Below are positions 36,831 through 46,433 of a DNA stretch of 64,000 nucleotides, piece by piece. The stretch spans positions 711,528-775,527 of the forward strand of contig CP011210.1 of assembly GCA_001029675.1 (NCBI GenBank). The letters are read 5' to 3'. This DNA comes from Candidatus Beckwithbacteria bacterium GW2011_GWC1_49_16 (GTDB lineage Bacteria; Patescibacteriota; Microgenomatia; UBA1400; CG1-02-47-37). Position numbers and translations under genes: made by a program. Below the pieces are notes generated by a model. The model had not been told where the DNA came from and made no database searches. It saw only the letters and a list, made by a program, of their open reading frames with translations. How positions within the stretch are numbered: position 1 is the first letter of the stretch; each line of letters begins with the position of its first letter.

Positions 36831-37631
36831 ATGTTTAAAGGCAAAAAAGTGTCGGCGGTGGTGCCGGTATACAACGAGCAAAAAACGGTAGCCAGCGTCG
36901 TCTGGGCGCTGATACTCACCCGGGCTGTCGACGAAGTGGTGGTGGTCAACGACGGCTCGACTGATAAAAGTTTGACTATCCTGGATGGCTTTGGGGAGAA
37001 AATTAAGCTAATTAACCTCAAAAAAAACCGGGGGAAAGGCGGGGCGGTGGCCGAAGGGATAAAGGCTTCAACCGGGGAAATAATCGTCATGGCAGACGCG
37101 GACCTGGTGACCATGGAAGAAAAACAGATTAAAAAGCTGTTGGCGCCCTTGAGCAACCCTCAAGTCGACGGGGTGATCGGCCAGCGGTTTAAAGGCTTGT
37201 TGCCGATGACCATGGTGGCGATTGCCGGAGAAAGAGCCTATTACAAAAATGACCTTATCCTCCATCTTGAGCCAATGAAAAAAACCCGCTTTGGGCTGGA
37301 GATGTATTTAAACCAAGTTTACAAAAATAAACGCGTCGAGGTGGTGGCTTTGAAAGGACTGTGGGGCTTGTTTAAGTACCAAAAACGGGGCCAAAAGGGG
37401 TTTAAGGAGATGTGGGAAGAGTTTAAAGAGGTGGCGGCGGAACTTAAACGGCAAGGCAAGCTACCGTCGACGGATATCAAGCTGATTAAAAAAATCCGCC
37501 AAACTACCAGTTGGGAAGAAATAGAAGACAAGGTGGCAGAAATTGACAACCGCGATTTGAGAGAATTTTTGCAAAAGTATGTTTTGACCTACCTGAAAAG
37601 GGCAAGAAGGTGGCTAAATGAAGTGGTTTAA
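36831..37631 (+). CDS. family 2 glycosyltransferase
   Basis: VSAVVPVYNEQ...VVVVNDGSTDKS...DAD GT-A motifs. Confidence 0.75.
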   Translation: MFKGKKVSAVVPVYNEQKTVASVVWALILTRAVDEVVVVNDGSTDKSLTILDGFGEKIKLINLKKNRGKGGAVAEGIKASTGEIIVMADADLVTMEEKQIKKLLAPLSNPQVDGVIGQRFKGLLPMTMVAIAGERAYYKNDLILHLEPMKKTRFGLEMYLNQVYKNKRVEVVALKGLWGLFKYQKRGQKGFKEMWEEFKEVAAELKRQGKLPSTDIKLIKKIRQTTSWEEIEDKVAEIDNRDLREFLQKYVLTYLKRARRWLNEVV

Positions 37632-38280
37632 AGCCGAGGTGGCAGTTTTTTTGGCGTTGCTGTTGGCGACGGTAGGCTGGTTGTGGTACAGATTAAACTT
37701 GACCCAGGAGGAGTTGACGGCTTTAAAAAATCAAGAGCAGACGGCTGAAACGATCCAAGCGGCAGCGGCGGATATTTTTCCCGACGGCCAGATAGAGTCC
37801 TTAAACATCGAGGTGCTTGAAGTAATGCTGGCGAGCCTGTCGGCCAGACTTGAAGTTTTAGAAGCCGGCGGCGGTCAAAGCGGTCAAGGCGGTCCGGCCC
37901 CGGCCCCGGCAACCACGACCACGGTTTCATTTCAACCCCAAGTGATTTATCTGGGTGCGGCCAGCACCCAAAACCGCGACTGGACCGAAACGGGGCAGGC
38001 AGTGACCATCAACTCCGGCGACTACCCTGCTGACGTTTCGGCTACTTTTGAGGCCGGGTTGTCGATTGTCGGCGGCGAAGCCTGGGCAAGGCTTAAGAAC
38101 AAAACCACCGGAGCGGTGTTGTCGGTCACCGAAGTGATGCATAATAATAGTAGTACCACCTGGAAAACTTCCCCTGCCTTTAAACTTCATTCCGGCTACA
38201 ACAATTACGTGGTGGAATTAAAATCGTCAAGCGGCGAGACCGTCAATCTTGCCGGAGCCAGAATCAGGATTAGTCGATGA
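37618..38280 (+). CDS. membrane-anchored hypothetical protein
   Basis: 220 aa; TM + coiled region + beta-rich C-term. Confidence 0.4.
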   Translation: MKWFKAEVAVFLALLLATVGWLWYRLNLTQEELTALKNQEQTAETIQAAAADIFPDGQIESLNIEVLEVMLASLSARLEVLEAGGGQSGQGGPAPAPATTTTVSFQPQVIYLGAASTQNRDWTETGQAVTINSGDYPADVSATFEAGLSIVGGEAWARLKNKTTGAVLSVTEVMHNNSSTTWKTSPAFKLHSGYNNYVVELKSSSGETVNLAGARIRISR

Positions 38281-38630
38281 AAAACAAGTTCGGCTTAACC
38301 AAAGTCTGGAAGAAGTGGCTGACGGTAGTTTTTGTAGTGGCGGTTTATCACCTGCTGCGTGACATCTTCCAGGAGTTTTTTAAGCTAAGCTTCTGGTTTA
38401 CCGATTTTTTACACTTTGTGCCGGACAAAAACGCGCTCCCCCGGAAACTCCAGTGGCTGCTACTTGACGGCTACAGCCAGTGGTTGACCTTTCCGGTGGA
38501 GATCTTTTTAATCTGGGCCGTTCCCAAGGCGTGGAAAAAGGAATACTTCGCTACTATTGACGCGCTGGTGTTGACGACGGTAATGGTAACCGAAACCTGG
38601 TGGCTGTTGACGGTGATAAACTACAGCTAG
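38277..38630 (+). CDS. membrane hypothetical protein
   Basis: 117 aa, 3 TM, Trp-rich. Confidence 0.35.
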   Translation: MKNKFGLTKVWKKWLTVVFVVAVYHLLRDIFQEFFKLSFWFTDFLHFVPDKNALPRKLQWLLLDGYSQWLTFPVEIFLIWAVPKAWKKEYFATIDALVLTTVMVTETWWLLTVINYS

Positions 38631-38818
38631 CCCTTCGACAGACTCAGGGTTATAACCCCCTCTCGTGGTAAAATACACATGCCTTGCCGCGTGCGAGCGG
38701 AGCGAGCTTTACGCGGCCCCATCGTTCCCGGTCCGATCGCGACATTAGTGGGATCGTGACCGAGGATCCTCGACCTCGATTTCATCGAGTCGGGACTAAC
38801 GATTAAGATAATTAATTA

Positions 38819-39073
38819 ATGAATAATGTTTATATCTTACAGTCTTTAAAAAATGGTAGATATTACATTGGTTGCACAAGTGACTTAAAGTCTCGGCTGG
38901 TTAAACACAACAAAGGGCATGTTCTATCAACTAGGCCTTACAGGCCGTGGCGTCTGGTCTATCAAGAAAGGTATAATACATTATCAGCCGCAAGGAAAAG
39001 AGAGAATCAAATAAAGTCTTGGCACAAACGAGCGGCTATTGAAAAGTTAATACGCGGTCCCGATCACGGCTAA
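38819..39073 (+). CDS. GIY-YIG nuclease-domain protein
   Basis: 84 aa; VYILQS..GRYYIGCTSDLKSRLVKHN...RPWRLVY GIY-YIG signature. Confidence 0.7.
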   Translation: MNNVYILQSLKNGRYYIGCTSDLKSRLVKHNKGHVLSTRPYRPWRLVYQERYNTLSAARKRENQIKSWHKRAAIEKLIRGPDHG

Positions 39074-39091
39074 TAGCCTGATCGAAATCGG

Positions 39092-39166
39092 GGCCCCATC
39101 GTCTAACGGTTAGGACGCAAGGTTCTCAACCTTGTAATCCGGGTTCGATTCCCGGTGGGGTCACCA
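39092..39166 (+). tRNA. tRNA-Glu (anticodon CTC)
   Basis: cloverleaf folded by hand: acceptor GGCCCCA/TGGGGTC, D-stem GTCT/GGAC, anticodon stem CAAGG/CCTTG, loop TTCTCAA, T-stem CCGGG/CCCGG with TTCGATT loop, encoded CCA. Confidence 0.85.
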
Positions 39167-40661
39167 TTTTGGAAATGGCAGCAGAATTGGGGGCAGCGCT
39201 GGCTGCGCCCCCCTCCGCAGACAGCGCTGCAAAGGGATATTTTAAGTCCGGCCGGAGGTGCCGATTAAATAAAGAATAGTTCGAGCCGACAGTTTTTGCC
39301 ATGATTGCCAAATCATGGCACTCATTTTTTGCGCGCGCGATTTTTTGCGCCTGCAAGGCGCTAATTACGAATTCCCTCATAAGTTCGAGCCAAGAAGAAC
39401 CACTTTTTGAAACTCTGGCAATTTGCTCCGCAATTTTTAACTTCTCGTCAAATAGTTCGTTTTTCTTTTGTTTATAAACTTCCGGTTCCACTACTTGATC
39501 TAAATAGCCATCCAATAAACGGTTTAATTTTGTTTCAATTTCTTTTTGGTTCTCGCCAAGCCTTTGTAATTCCGTTTCAGAATTTGCCTGATCTTTTAAT
39601 TCGTCTGCCGCCATCCACTTTTCAAAATATGGCTCCCAATCTTGGTGCAAGCCGCAATCACCCACAACTTTTTTTAGTTGTTGCTCAATTTCATCTTCGG
39701 GAGCATATTTTTGCAAACAAGGTTTCAGCTTTTTAGTACAGCGATAATAGATAAAAGTTTGCGAAGTTCCATTTTTATACTTTTTAATATGTTGTTCGGC
39801 GGTGATTGCGGCGCCGCACTCGCCACAAGTGGCTAAACCGGAAAAAGCAAAATCATGGCCATGTTGTCGTGGACGTAAGATTTTTTCCACTTGCTTTTGT
39901 ACTTCCTTAAATAGTTGTTTGGAGATGAAGCATTTGTGGGAACCCTCGTAATATTCGTTAGCATATTTTAAAATCCCCACATAAAACTTGTTTGATAACA
40001 TTCGCTTTATTTGGTCAACTTTAATAGGTTTCCCACAACTTTCCCGATTCATCCCAAACCTAAAACAAAAGTTTGAAATTTCCGTAAAAGATTTATTGCC
40101 TTCGGCAAAAAGTTGAAAAGCTTTTTTAACAACTTTAGAAAGTTCGGGGTCAACATCAACGGCTCTGGTTTTAGGATTATTAATGTAACCATAAGGCGCT
40201 TTACTCGGCCACTCACCACGCCGAAGTTTTTGCCGATTGCCCCGTTTTACATTTTCCGATAAATTATCCACATAATATTTTGACTGGCCGAAGGCAATTG
40301 ATAACATAAATTTTCCTTGGGGAGTATTTTCAAACCAAAAAGACGGAAATTTCAAATCCAAAAGTTTTCCGGTATCCAGTAAATAGATTACTTTCCCGCC
40401 ATCAACTGAATTTCTAGCCAATCTGTCTGGATGCCAGGAAATTATGCCCTGCGCTTCGCCTTTCTCAATTTTCTTCAACACTAGCGCAAATTGCTCACGA
40501 CCTGGCATTTTGGCGGTTTTGGCTTCGGTAATAAATTCAGTTATTTCTAAATGGTCACGTTTGGCAAATTCTTTTAATTCTGCAATTTGCGCTTCAATAG
40601 ATAAAACTTGTTTATCTTTTTCATCAGTTGATTTTCGGCAATATGCTATGTATTTATTCAT
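39126..40661 (-). CDS. large serine recombinase (resolvase N-domain + recombinase domain + Zn ribbon)
   Basis: 511 aa; catalytic N-domain YCRKSTDEKDKQVLSIEAQ..., long C-terminal recombinase/coiled-coil region with Cys cluster (CGECGAA...C); 3' end overlaps tRNA-Glu antisense. Confidence 0.9.
   Translation of the reverse strand: MNKYIAYCRKSTDEKDKQVLSIEAQIAELKEFAKRDHLEITEFITEAKTAKMPGREQFALVLKKIEKGEAQGIISWHPDRLARNSVDGGKVIYLLDTGKLLDLKFPSFWFENTPQGKFMLSIAFGQSKYYVDNLSENVKRGNRQKLRRGEWPSKAPYGYINNPKTRAVDVDPELSKVVKKAFQLFAEGNKSFTEISNFCFRFGMNRESCGKPIKVDQIKRMLSNKFYVGILKYANEYYEGSHKCFISKQLFKEVQKQVEKILRPRQHGHDFAFSGLATCGECGAAITAEQHIKKYKNGTSQTFIYYRCTKKLKPCLQKYAPEDEIEQQLKKVVGDCGLHQDWEPYFEKWMAADELKDQANSETELQRLGENQKEIETKLNRLLDGYLDQVVEPEVYKQKKNELFDEKLKIAEQIARVSKSGSSWLELMREFVISALQAQKIARAKNECHDLAIMAKTVGSNYSLFNRHLRPDLKYPFAALSAEGGAASAAPNSAAISKMVTPPGIEPGLQG
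39161..39262. repeat. inverted repeat IR-A (~95-100 bp), left boundary of recombinase segment; begins in tRNA 3' end TCACCA
   Basis: reverse complement of 40767..40870 with 1-2 mismatches, compared by hand. Confidence 0.85.
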
Positions 40662-40766
40662 ACTTTGCTTTTGTACTCTTGTAACATATTGTAACTTGTT
40701 CTTTTAAAAAGTTCTTTAAATATCTACCTTATTAATTTTTGCGTTTTTTCTTCTGTTCTTTTTTTA

Positions 40767-40870
40767 CGGCAACTCCGACCGGACTTAAAATATCCCTTTG
40801 CAGCGCTGTCTGCGGAGGGGGGCGCAGCCAGCGCTGCCCCCAATTCTGCTGCCATTTCCAAAATGGTGAG
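40767..40870. repeat. inverted repeat IR-B, partner of IR-A
   Basis: ...ggcagcgctggctgcgcccccctccgcagacagcgctgcaaagggatattttaagtccgg... in opposite orientation. Confidence 0.85.
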
Positions 40871-40996
40871 CGTTTACGAAAAAATTCGAACCTTTTTTAA
40901 AAATTGTTAACGCATTGCGTCAGCTCCTCGCTCGCCTTCGGCTCGCTTCGTCGCTATTCGCGTTCTGCGCGGCGCCCCCACCCGCCGCGCCTCCGA
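40865..40996. repeat. inverted repeat IR-C (~131 bp), left boundary of cargo segment
   Basis: reverse complement of 48364..48495 essentially identical. Confidence 0.85.
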
Positions 40997-41316
40997 AAAC
41001 TGTCGGCTCGAATCCTAAAGAAAAAACGCAAAAATTTTAAAGAACTTTTTCAATGTCCTATAACTTAAATGGCCGTTCTGGTTGTACTCAACTCGGATTG
41101 CTCCAAATTGTCCAAAACGGCCATTAAAAAAAGCAATCCGAAAAAAGTTGAGTACAATTAAAATATACAAAGTTTCAACATCAAAAACAAGAGTCTCTTG
41201 CATTTGTTTTTTAGCGTGGTATTTGATATAAATATCATAGTACAATAAATCTAGATTTTCGATGATTAAAGTATGATATGCTTAAAGAAAATGCTGTCAA
41301 AATTGGGAGCGCCAAC

Positions 41317-41335
41317 GAGAGAGAGAGAGAGAGAG
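41317..41335 (+). repeat. (GA)9G dinucleotide tract
   Basis: gagagagagagagagagag between an upstream ATG (41273/41291, frame 2) and the in-frame signal peptide of the giant ORF (frame 0). Confidence 0.9.
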
Positions 41336-41636
41336 TAAACGGCTTCGCCGTTTTGTAACAACTTTCCTTCTAATTTTATCTTTACTTCTTCAAAATTTTT
41401 TATTCCTTATTAATCCTGTCTACGCCGCAACTAATTCTTGGGATTTTTCAACTTCGTCTAATTACACTTATGATGATACAAAAATTGAATTTTCTTCGGG
41501 TCAAGCGCAACTAAAAGCAACTTCAAATTGGTACAACACTTCATGGTCAAGGCGTAAAGCAATTACAGTTACAGGTTCTACGGCGGGTGCACAAACAAAT
41601 TATCAACTTAAACTTACAGTACCTTATGATTCGGAC

Positions 41637-44600
41637 ATGCAAGCAGATTTTGATGATATAAGGTTTACATCTTCTGATGGGACTACTTTAATTGATCACT
41701 GGCTAGAGTCGAAAACGGATTCAACTACTGCTGACTTTTGGGTAGAGATTCCATCAATTCCAGCCTCTCCAAATACCACAATGATATACATATATTACGG
41801 AAATTCCAGTGCGAGCAGTGCTTCAAATGGAGACAACACATTTCTTCTTTTTGATAATTTTGATGGGGTATCTATGGATGGCTTTTCTCGGGTAAGCCAA
41901 CAAACACTTTTTTCTGGAAGTGGAAGTGAAGATTGGTTAGGGAGAACTGTTTTTGTTGATGATGGATCGAAGTGGGTATTGGTTTATAGACAAGCTGCTA
42001 ATCATTGCTGTGATACTGCAGCAGTCATGCATATTCGGTTTTCGACAAATGAAGGTGCTTCATGGACAAATGCTGATACATTTACGAATGGCTCGGCTGT
42101 TACTGGAGCACCCTTCAGTCGACACTCAACAAATGCCGTTGCTGATCCTGTCCTTATGAAAGCACCAAACGGCGACTTGCTACTTCATGTAGGAGAGGTG
42201 AACAGCGGAGGAAATCCTATGGGTGCATACCAATATCGTAGCACTGATGGTGGCGCAACATGGACTGACGAAGGTTTAATAAACAATGACACTGAGATAT
42301 ATAGCGGCCAGGATTATACAACTGTAGATAATGATCTCTATGCTATCTTTTGGAAAGATGCAGGATCGGATGGTGCTCCTTACCAAACCTTACTTTATAA
42401 ATCAACTGACAACGGAATAACATGGGCACTAGTGAGCCCGATAACAACAAGCGGTACTGATGAAGGGGGGATTGAATACGTTGGAAGTAATACATTGCTG
42501 GTTGTTCTTAGGGACACGCCAGCAAGCAAAACTTATCAGAGAATTTCAACAGACTTAGGACAAACATGGGGTACACAAACAGATATTTCATCTTCGGTTG
42601 GAGTATTGCAGCGACCAAGAATGAGAATATTTTCTGATGAGCCTAACAGAGTGTATCTATATGGACGTGATCAATTGGCTGGAAATGACTATACGGTTCT
42701 TTACTACACTGATAATAATGGTTCAACATGGAGTTTAAAATTTTATCCAGATACAACATCATATGCGGATACCGGCTATTCAGATGTTTTAAAACAGACA
42801 GACGGTGATTTTTATATGCTTTCTTATGGAGGAACTAGTGGTACATCAAGTATTAAAGAATACATTTTCAATAAGAGCGCGACATTACAAATAGATACAA
42901 CAAAGTGGACAACTGATAATGCTACTACGTCAATTTCTAACTCCCAGTTAACATATCAAGAAACAGATACAAATATTACGTGGGGCGTCGTTAAATCAGT
43001 AAATTCAGTTTCTCGCCCATTTATTGCTGAAATTGACTATACGTTAACAAGCGGTGAATATGCACATTTTATGTACGGACCTAATCCTGATTCTGCTCAA
43101 TCTACTGCGAATGGTTATGTTTGGTGGATCGACATTAATGACCCAACAAACCCAATGCAGGACTTGACCAGAGTTGAAGACGGCACTTTTAATGACATTC
43201 AACGCAATGTTCAAGTTTCCCCGGATATTGCCAATAACGAAACTTTTAATCAAAAATTTATATTTCATAGCACTGGAGAAACGGCTTTAACAAACGGGAC
43301 ACAATATATTTCGGGAAGCGATACAACCTATTCGTCGGGAAAAATAGCATTAGGAACTGATAGTGGATCAGTTGTAAAAGTAAATACAATTAAAGTCCGC
43401 GTGTATGCAAATCCCGAACCCACAAGCTCAATAGGCTCAGAAGCTACTTTGTATGATACTTCTAACCCTACAGTACAACCAACTTCTGCAAACTCACTGA
43501 CTTTTGTATCATTATCTGCGTTTTCAGAAACAGCGACAAAAAATGGAGGACAAATTAAGTACCAGGTTTCTAATGATAGTGGCACCACTTGGTGCTGGTA
43601 CAGCTCTGGATGGACAACAACGAGTTCCGGTTATTCAGAATCCAACACTGCGAGTGATGTTAATACAAATATTTCTACGTTTCCCGTCGGAAGCGGATCG
43701 TTTTTATTCAAAGCTTATCTGAATTCTGATGGTTCTCAACTTGTTCAACTTGATGCCATAGGGGTAACTTATGTAGCCGACAATACGCCGCCATCTATTT
43801 CTTTAACGGCACTGAGTCCTGATCCAAATACTGACACCACACCTACTCTTTCCGGGACAGCCACAGACACTCAAGGGACAGTGTCTAATGTCCAGTTTCA
43901 AATGGACTCAACTTCCGGTTCGTGGACTGCTTGTACTGCAGGTGATGGAAGTTTTGATGAGACAACGGAAACTTTTACCTGTACTCCTTCGGCATTATCT
44001 GACGGAAGTCATACTATGTATGTCCGTGCAACAGATAGTAACAGCAACACGACTTCTAATGCCAATGCGTCCACCGATAGTTTTACGATTGATATTACTA
44101 CTCCCGCCTCTTTTGATTTAGATTCGCCCGGAGATAATTCGTATACTAATTCCGAAAGACCAACTTTTAAGTGGAAAGCGACAACAGATGCAACCGCCGG
44201 ACTTTCTAAATATGTTTTGGAAATAGACAATCCTTCGATCGGCTCTGGCCAACCTTCTGGTGACTTCACTATTGATAGTATTCCCACCAGTAGAACAACT
44301 GATTACGAAACAAATAAATATACCATCCATTACGAAAACTTCTCGGATTCTGATTCCACAAATAATTATATTTCTGTCTATACCAAATCACACAATGATT
44401 GGGGTTCATCTGAAAATGACGGAAAACTTAGAGAAGGAAAAGTAAGTTGGAAAGTAAAAGCAGTTGATAATGCCGGTAATGAAAGATCTTCTTCTCGAAC
44501 TATGTTTATGGACAAGACTTCCCCATCTGTAGTATTCACTCAAATAAACAGTACGCCTTACACAACTAATAATTTCTTGACCACAGATAAAACACCAACT

Positions 44601-45725
44601 ATCTTTGGAAAAATAACTGATTCATTATCCGGTGGCGATTCGTCACAAACTCAAGATGAAAACGGGCCAAAAGTTGCCAGTGCTCCTAAAGAAGTAAATA
44701 TTAAGGTGGAGAAAAAAGAAGGATTAACTTACAAGCTTGTAACATTGTACAAGATCAATATGGATAATCCATACTATACTTGCGACCTAAACAAAACTAT
44801 AGATAACTCAAAACAAAAATGCGATAAATATTTGCCTTTTGAATACACACCAAAAGAGATCTTAAATTTAGGGACTTATAAAATAACTCTTTCTGGAAAA
44901 GATAAGGCAGATAACACGTCGTCAGAAACAAGCTTTACTTTAAATATCACCACCCTAGCTCAAATCACTACACCTGAAGAAAAAGAAATTATTGAGGAAG
45001 GAATAAAAGAGTTACCCAAGGAAGAACAGGAAAAAGTAAAAGAAGAACTAGAAATCACTAAACCATCTGAAACACCACAACCAAATATTTTAGAAAAGGC
45101 TAGTCAGGGAGTTGTTAACATAAGCAAAAACATTATTCATGGAGCTGGTAACTTAATTACTACAATATTTACTGGAATTGGTAACGGAATAAGCTTTGTA
45201 TTTAATGGTGTTGGTTCAGGCCTAGCGTTTATGGGTAATACTATTGGGAACAGCTATAGTACTCTTGTTGATCATGCGCCTGGTGTTACCAAAAATATTT
45301 TGTTAGCGGTAGGAACTAATGTTAATAATGCAATCAATGAAGCAAGAAATGGAATCGCAAACCTCGCCTTTAGTATTGGCGAAAAAACAGATGATGTTTC
45401 TCATGGTGTAGGAACCGCGATTATTAAGATCGGTTATCTGTTCGTACCGGAAGCCACCAAAATATCTAACGTTACAGCAGTTGCGCTATCTCCCATGTCA
45501 GTCAGGATAACATGGGAAACAAATCATCCAGCAAACGGCAAAGTAAACTGGGGGTTTGAAGATGGAATATATGAATTTGAGGATCAAACACACAAAAGAA
45601 CCAGTAAGCATGAATTTGTTCTTGAAAATCTCAAACCCGATACTGAATATCATTATGAAGTCATGAGCCAAAACAGAAATTATGTATATGACGCTAACCG
45701 GAAATTTAAAACTCCGGCAAAATAA
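41637..45725 (+). CDS. giant secreted surface protein: DUF2341-like N-region, 5x Asp-box (BNR) sialidase-like propeller, Ig/FN3-like C-terminal domains
   Basis: 1362 aa from first in-frame ATG; open frame extends upstream to 41286 and encodes a signal peptide (FLLILSLLLQNFLFLINPVYA/AT) with no in-frame start: see (GA)n finding; Asp-boxes STNEGASW, STDGGATW, STDNGITW, STDLGQTW, TDNNGSTW. Confidence 0.8.
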   Translation: MQADFDDIRFTSSDGTTLIDHWLESKTDSTTADFWVEIPSIPASPNTTMIYIYYGNSSASSASNGDNTFLLFDNFDGVSMDGFSRVSQQTLFSGSGSEDWLGRTVFVDDGSKWVLVYRQAANHCCDTAAVMHIRFSTNEGASWTNADTFTNGSAVTGAPFSRHSTNAVADPVLMKAPNGDLLLHVGEVNSGGNPMGAYQYRSTDGGATWTDEGLINNDTEIYSGQDYTTVDNDLYAIFWKDAGSDGAPYQTLLYKSTDNGITWALVSPITTSGTDEGGIEYVGSNTLLVVLRDTPASKTYQRISTDLGQTWGTQTDISSSVGVLQRPRMRIFSDEPNRVYLYGRDQLAGNDYTVLYYTDNNGSTWSLKFYPDTTSYADTGYSDVLKQTDGDFYMLSYGGTSGTSSIKEYIFNKSATLQIDTTKWTTDNATTSISNSQLTYQETDTNITWGVVKSVNSVSRPFIAEIDYTLTSGEYAHFMYGPNPDSAQSTANGYVWWIDINDPTNPMQDLTRVEDGTFNDIQRNVQVSPDIANNETFNQKFIFHSTGETALTNGTQYISGSDTTYSSGKIALGTDSGSVVKVNTIKVRVYANPEPTSSIGSEATLYDTSNPTVQPTSANSLTFVSLSAFSETATKNGGQIKYQVSNDSGTTWCWYSSGWTTTSSGYSESNTASDVNTNISTFPVGSGSFLFKAYLNSDGSQLVQLDAIGVTYVADNTPPSISLTALSPDPNTDTTPTLSGTATDTQGTVSNVQFQMDSTSGSWTACTAGDGSFDETTETFTCTPSALSDGSHTMYVRATDSNSNTTSNANASTDSFTIDITTPASFDLDSPGDNSYTNSERPTFKWKATTDATAGLSKYVLEIDNPSIGSGQPSGDFTIDSIPTSRTTDYETNKYTIHYENFSDSDSTNNYISVYTKSHNDWGSSENDGKLREGKVSWKVKAVDNAGNERSSSRTMFMDKTSPSVVFTQINSTPYTTNNFLTTDKTPTIFGKITDSLSGGDSSQTQDENGPKVASAPKEVNIKVEKKEGLTYKLVTLYKINMDNPYYTCDLNKTIDNSKQKCDKYLPFEYTPKEILNLGTYKITLSGKDKADNTSSETSFTLNITTLAQITTPEEKEIIEEGIKELPKEEQEKVKEELEITKPSETPQPNILEKASQGVVNISKNIIHGAGNLITTIFTGIGNGISFVFNGVGSGLAFMGNTIGNSYSTLVDHAPGVTKNILLAVGTNVNNAINEARNGIANLAFSIGEKTDDVSHGVGTAIIKIGYLFVPEATKISNVTAVALSPMSVRITWETNHPANGKVNWGFEDGIYEFEDQTHKRTSKHEFVLENLKPDTEYHYEVMSQNRNYVYDANRKFKTPAK

Positions 45726-45727
45726 AT

Positions 45728-46057
45728 ATGGATAAAATTAATTTAAACAAAGATCAAAAGTTAGTTGTGGACTCTTTCTATAAAGTTAGGACCAAGAAAG
45801 GTTTAAACAGTTTTATTGAGGATTTATTTTCACCGGAAGAAACATTAGATTTAGCCCAACGACTAAAAATCGCTAAGTTAATTCTTGACGGAAAAACTTA
45901 CGAAGAAATTGCGGCAGAAATTCCTGTCAGTACCTCAACCATTTCAAAAATAGGCCAAGTAATTAAATTCGGAAAAGGTGGTTTTATTCTCTTGCAGAAT
46001 AATACAAAAGCACAAAAAGCTAAAAAGCAAAACGGAAAGGAGGTATCAAAAATATGA
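45728..46057 (+). CDS. TrpR/YerC-like HTH protein
   Basis: 109 aa; ...SPEETLDLAQRLKIAKLILDGKTYEEIAAEIPVSTSTISK... Confidence 0.5.
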   Translation: MDKINLNKDQKLVVDSFYKVRTKKGLNSFIEDLFSPEETLDLAQRLKIAKLILDGKTYEEIAAEIPVSTSTISKIGQVIKFGKGGFILLQNNTKAQKAKKQNGKEVSKI

Positions 46058-46428
46058 TTAACTTAGAATTTCAAATTTATCATTTACTAACAGGGCTTGC
46101 CGGAGGATTAGTTCGTGGATTAGTTGGAATAATGAAACAAACCCAGAAACCGGACGAGTTTAAAATTCATTGGAAATATTTTGGTTTAACCATGTTAGTT
46201 TCAGGAGTTGTTGGGGTAGTGTCAGGAATTATTGCTGATGGCGATTGGAGAATATCGTTACTTGCCGGATACGCTGGCACTGATTTTCTGGAAAGTCTTT
46301 ACAGATTAAGATTCCCTCAAATGTTCAGTATTGCTCAAACCGTTAAAACGGTAACAGAAGAAAGTAACACCGGAAAAGTAACAACACAAACAACTACGCC
46401 AGTAACAGCACCAGTAGTGACAAAATAA
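46054..46428 (+). CDS. small 2-TM membrane protein (holin-like topology)
   Basis: 124 aa; two TM helices, Thr/Val-rich tail. Confidence 0.35.
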   Translation: MINLEFQIYHLLTGLAGGLVRGLVGIMKQTQKPDEFKIHWKYFGLTMLVSGVVGVVSGIIADGDWRISLLAGYAGTDFLESLYRLRFPQMFSIAQTVKTVTEESNTGKVTTQTTTPVTAPVVTK

Positions 46429-46433
46429 AAAAA

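Noticed and set aside
39126-39262. Whether the recombinase C-terminus that runs through IR-A and the tRNA is real coding sequence
   Set aside because: Cannot be decided from sequence alone. The ORF is continuous and large serine recombinases often overlap their att site, so it was left as called rather than truncated.
40444-40707. 87-aa plus-strand ORF at the recombinase 5' end
   Set aside because: Antisense to the recombinase catalytic domain coding region and spans its promoter; no RBS.
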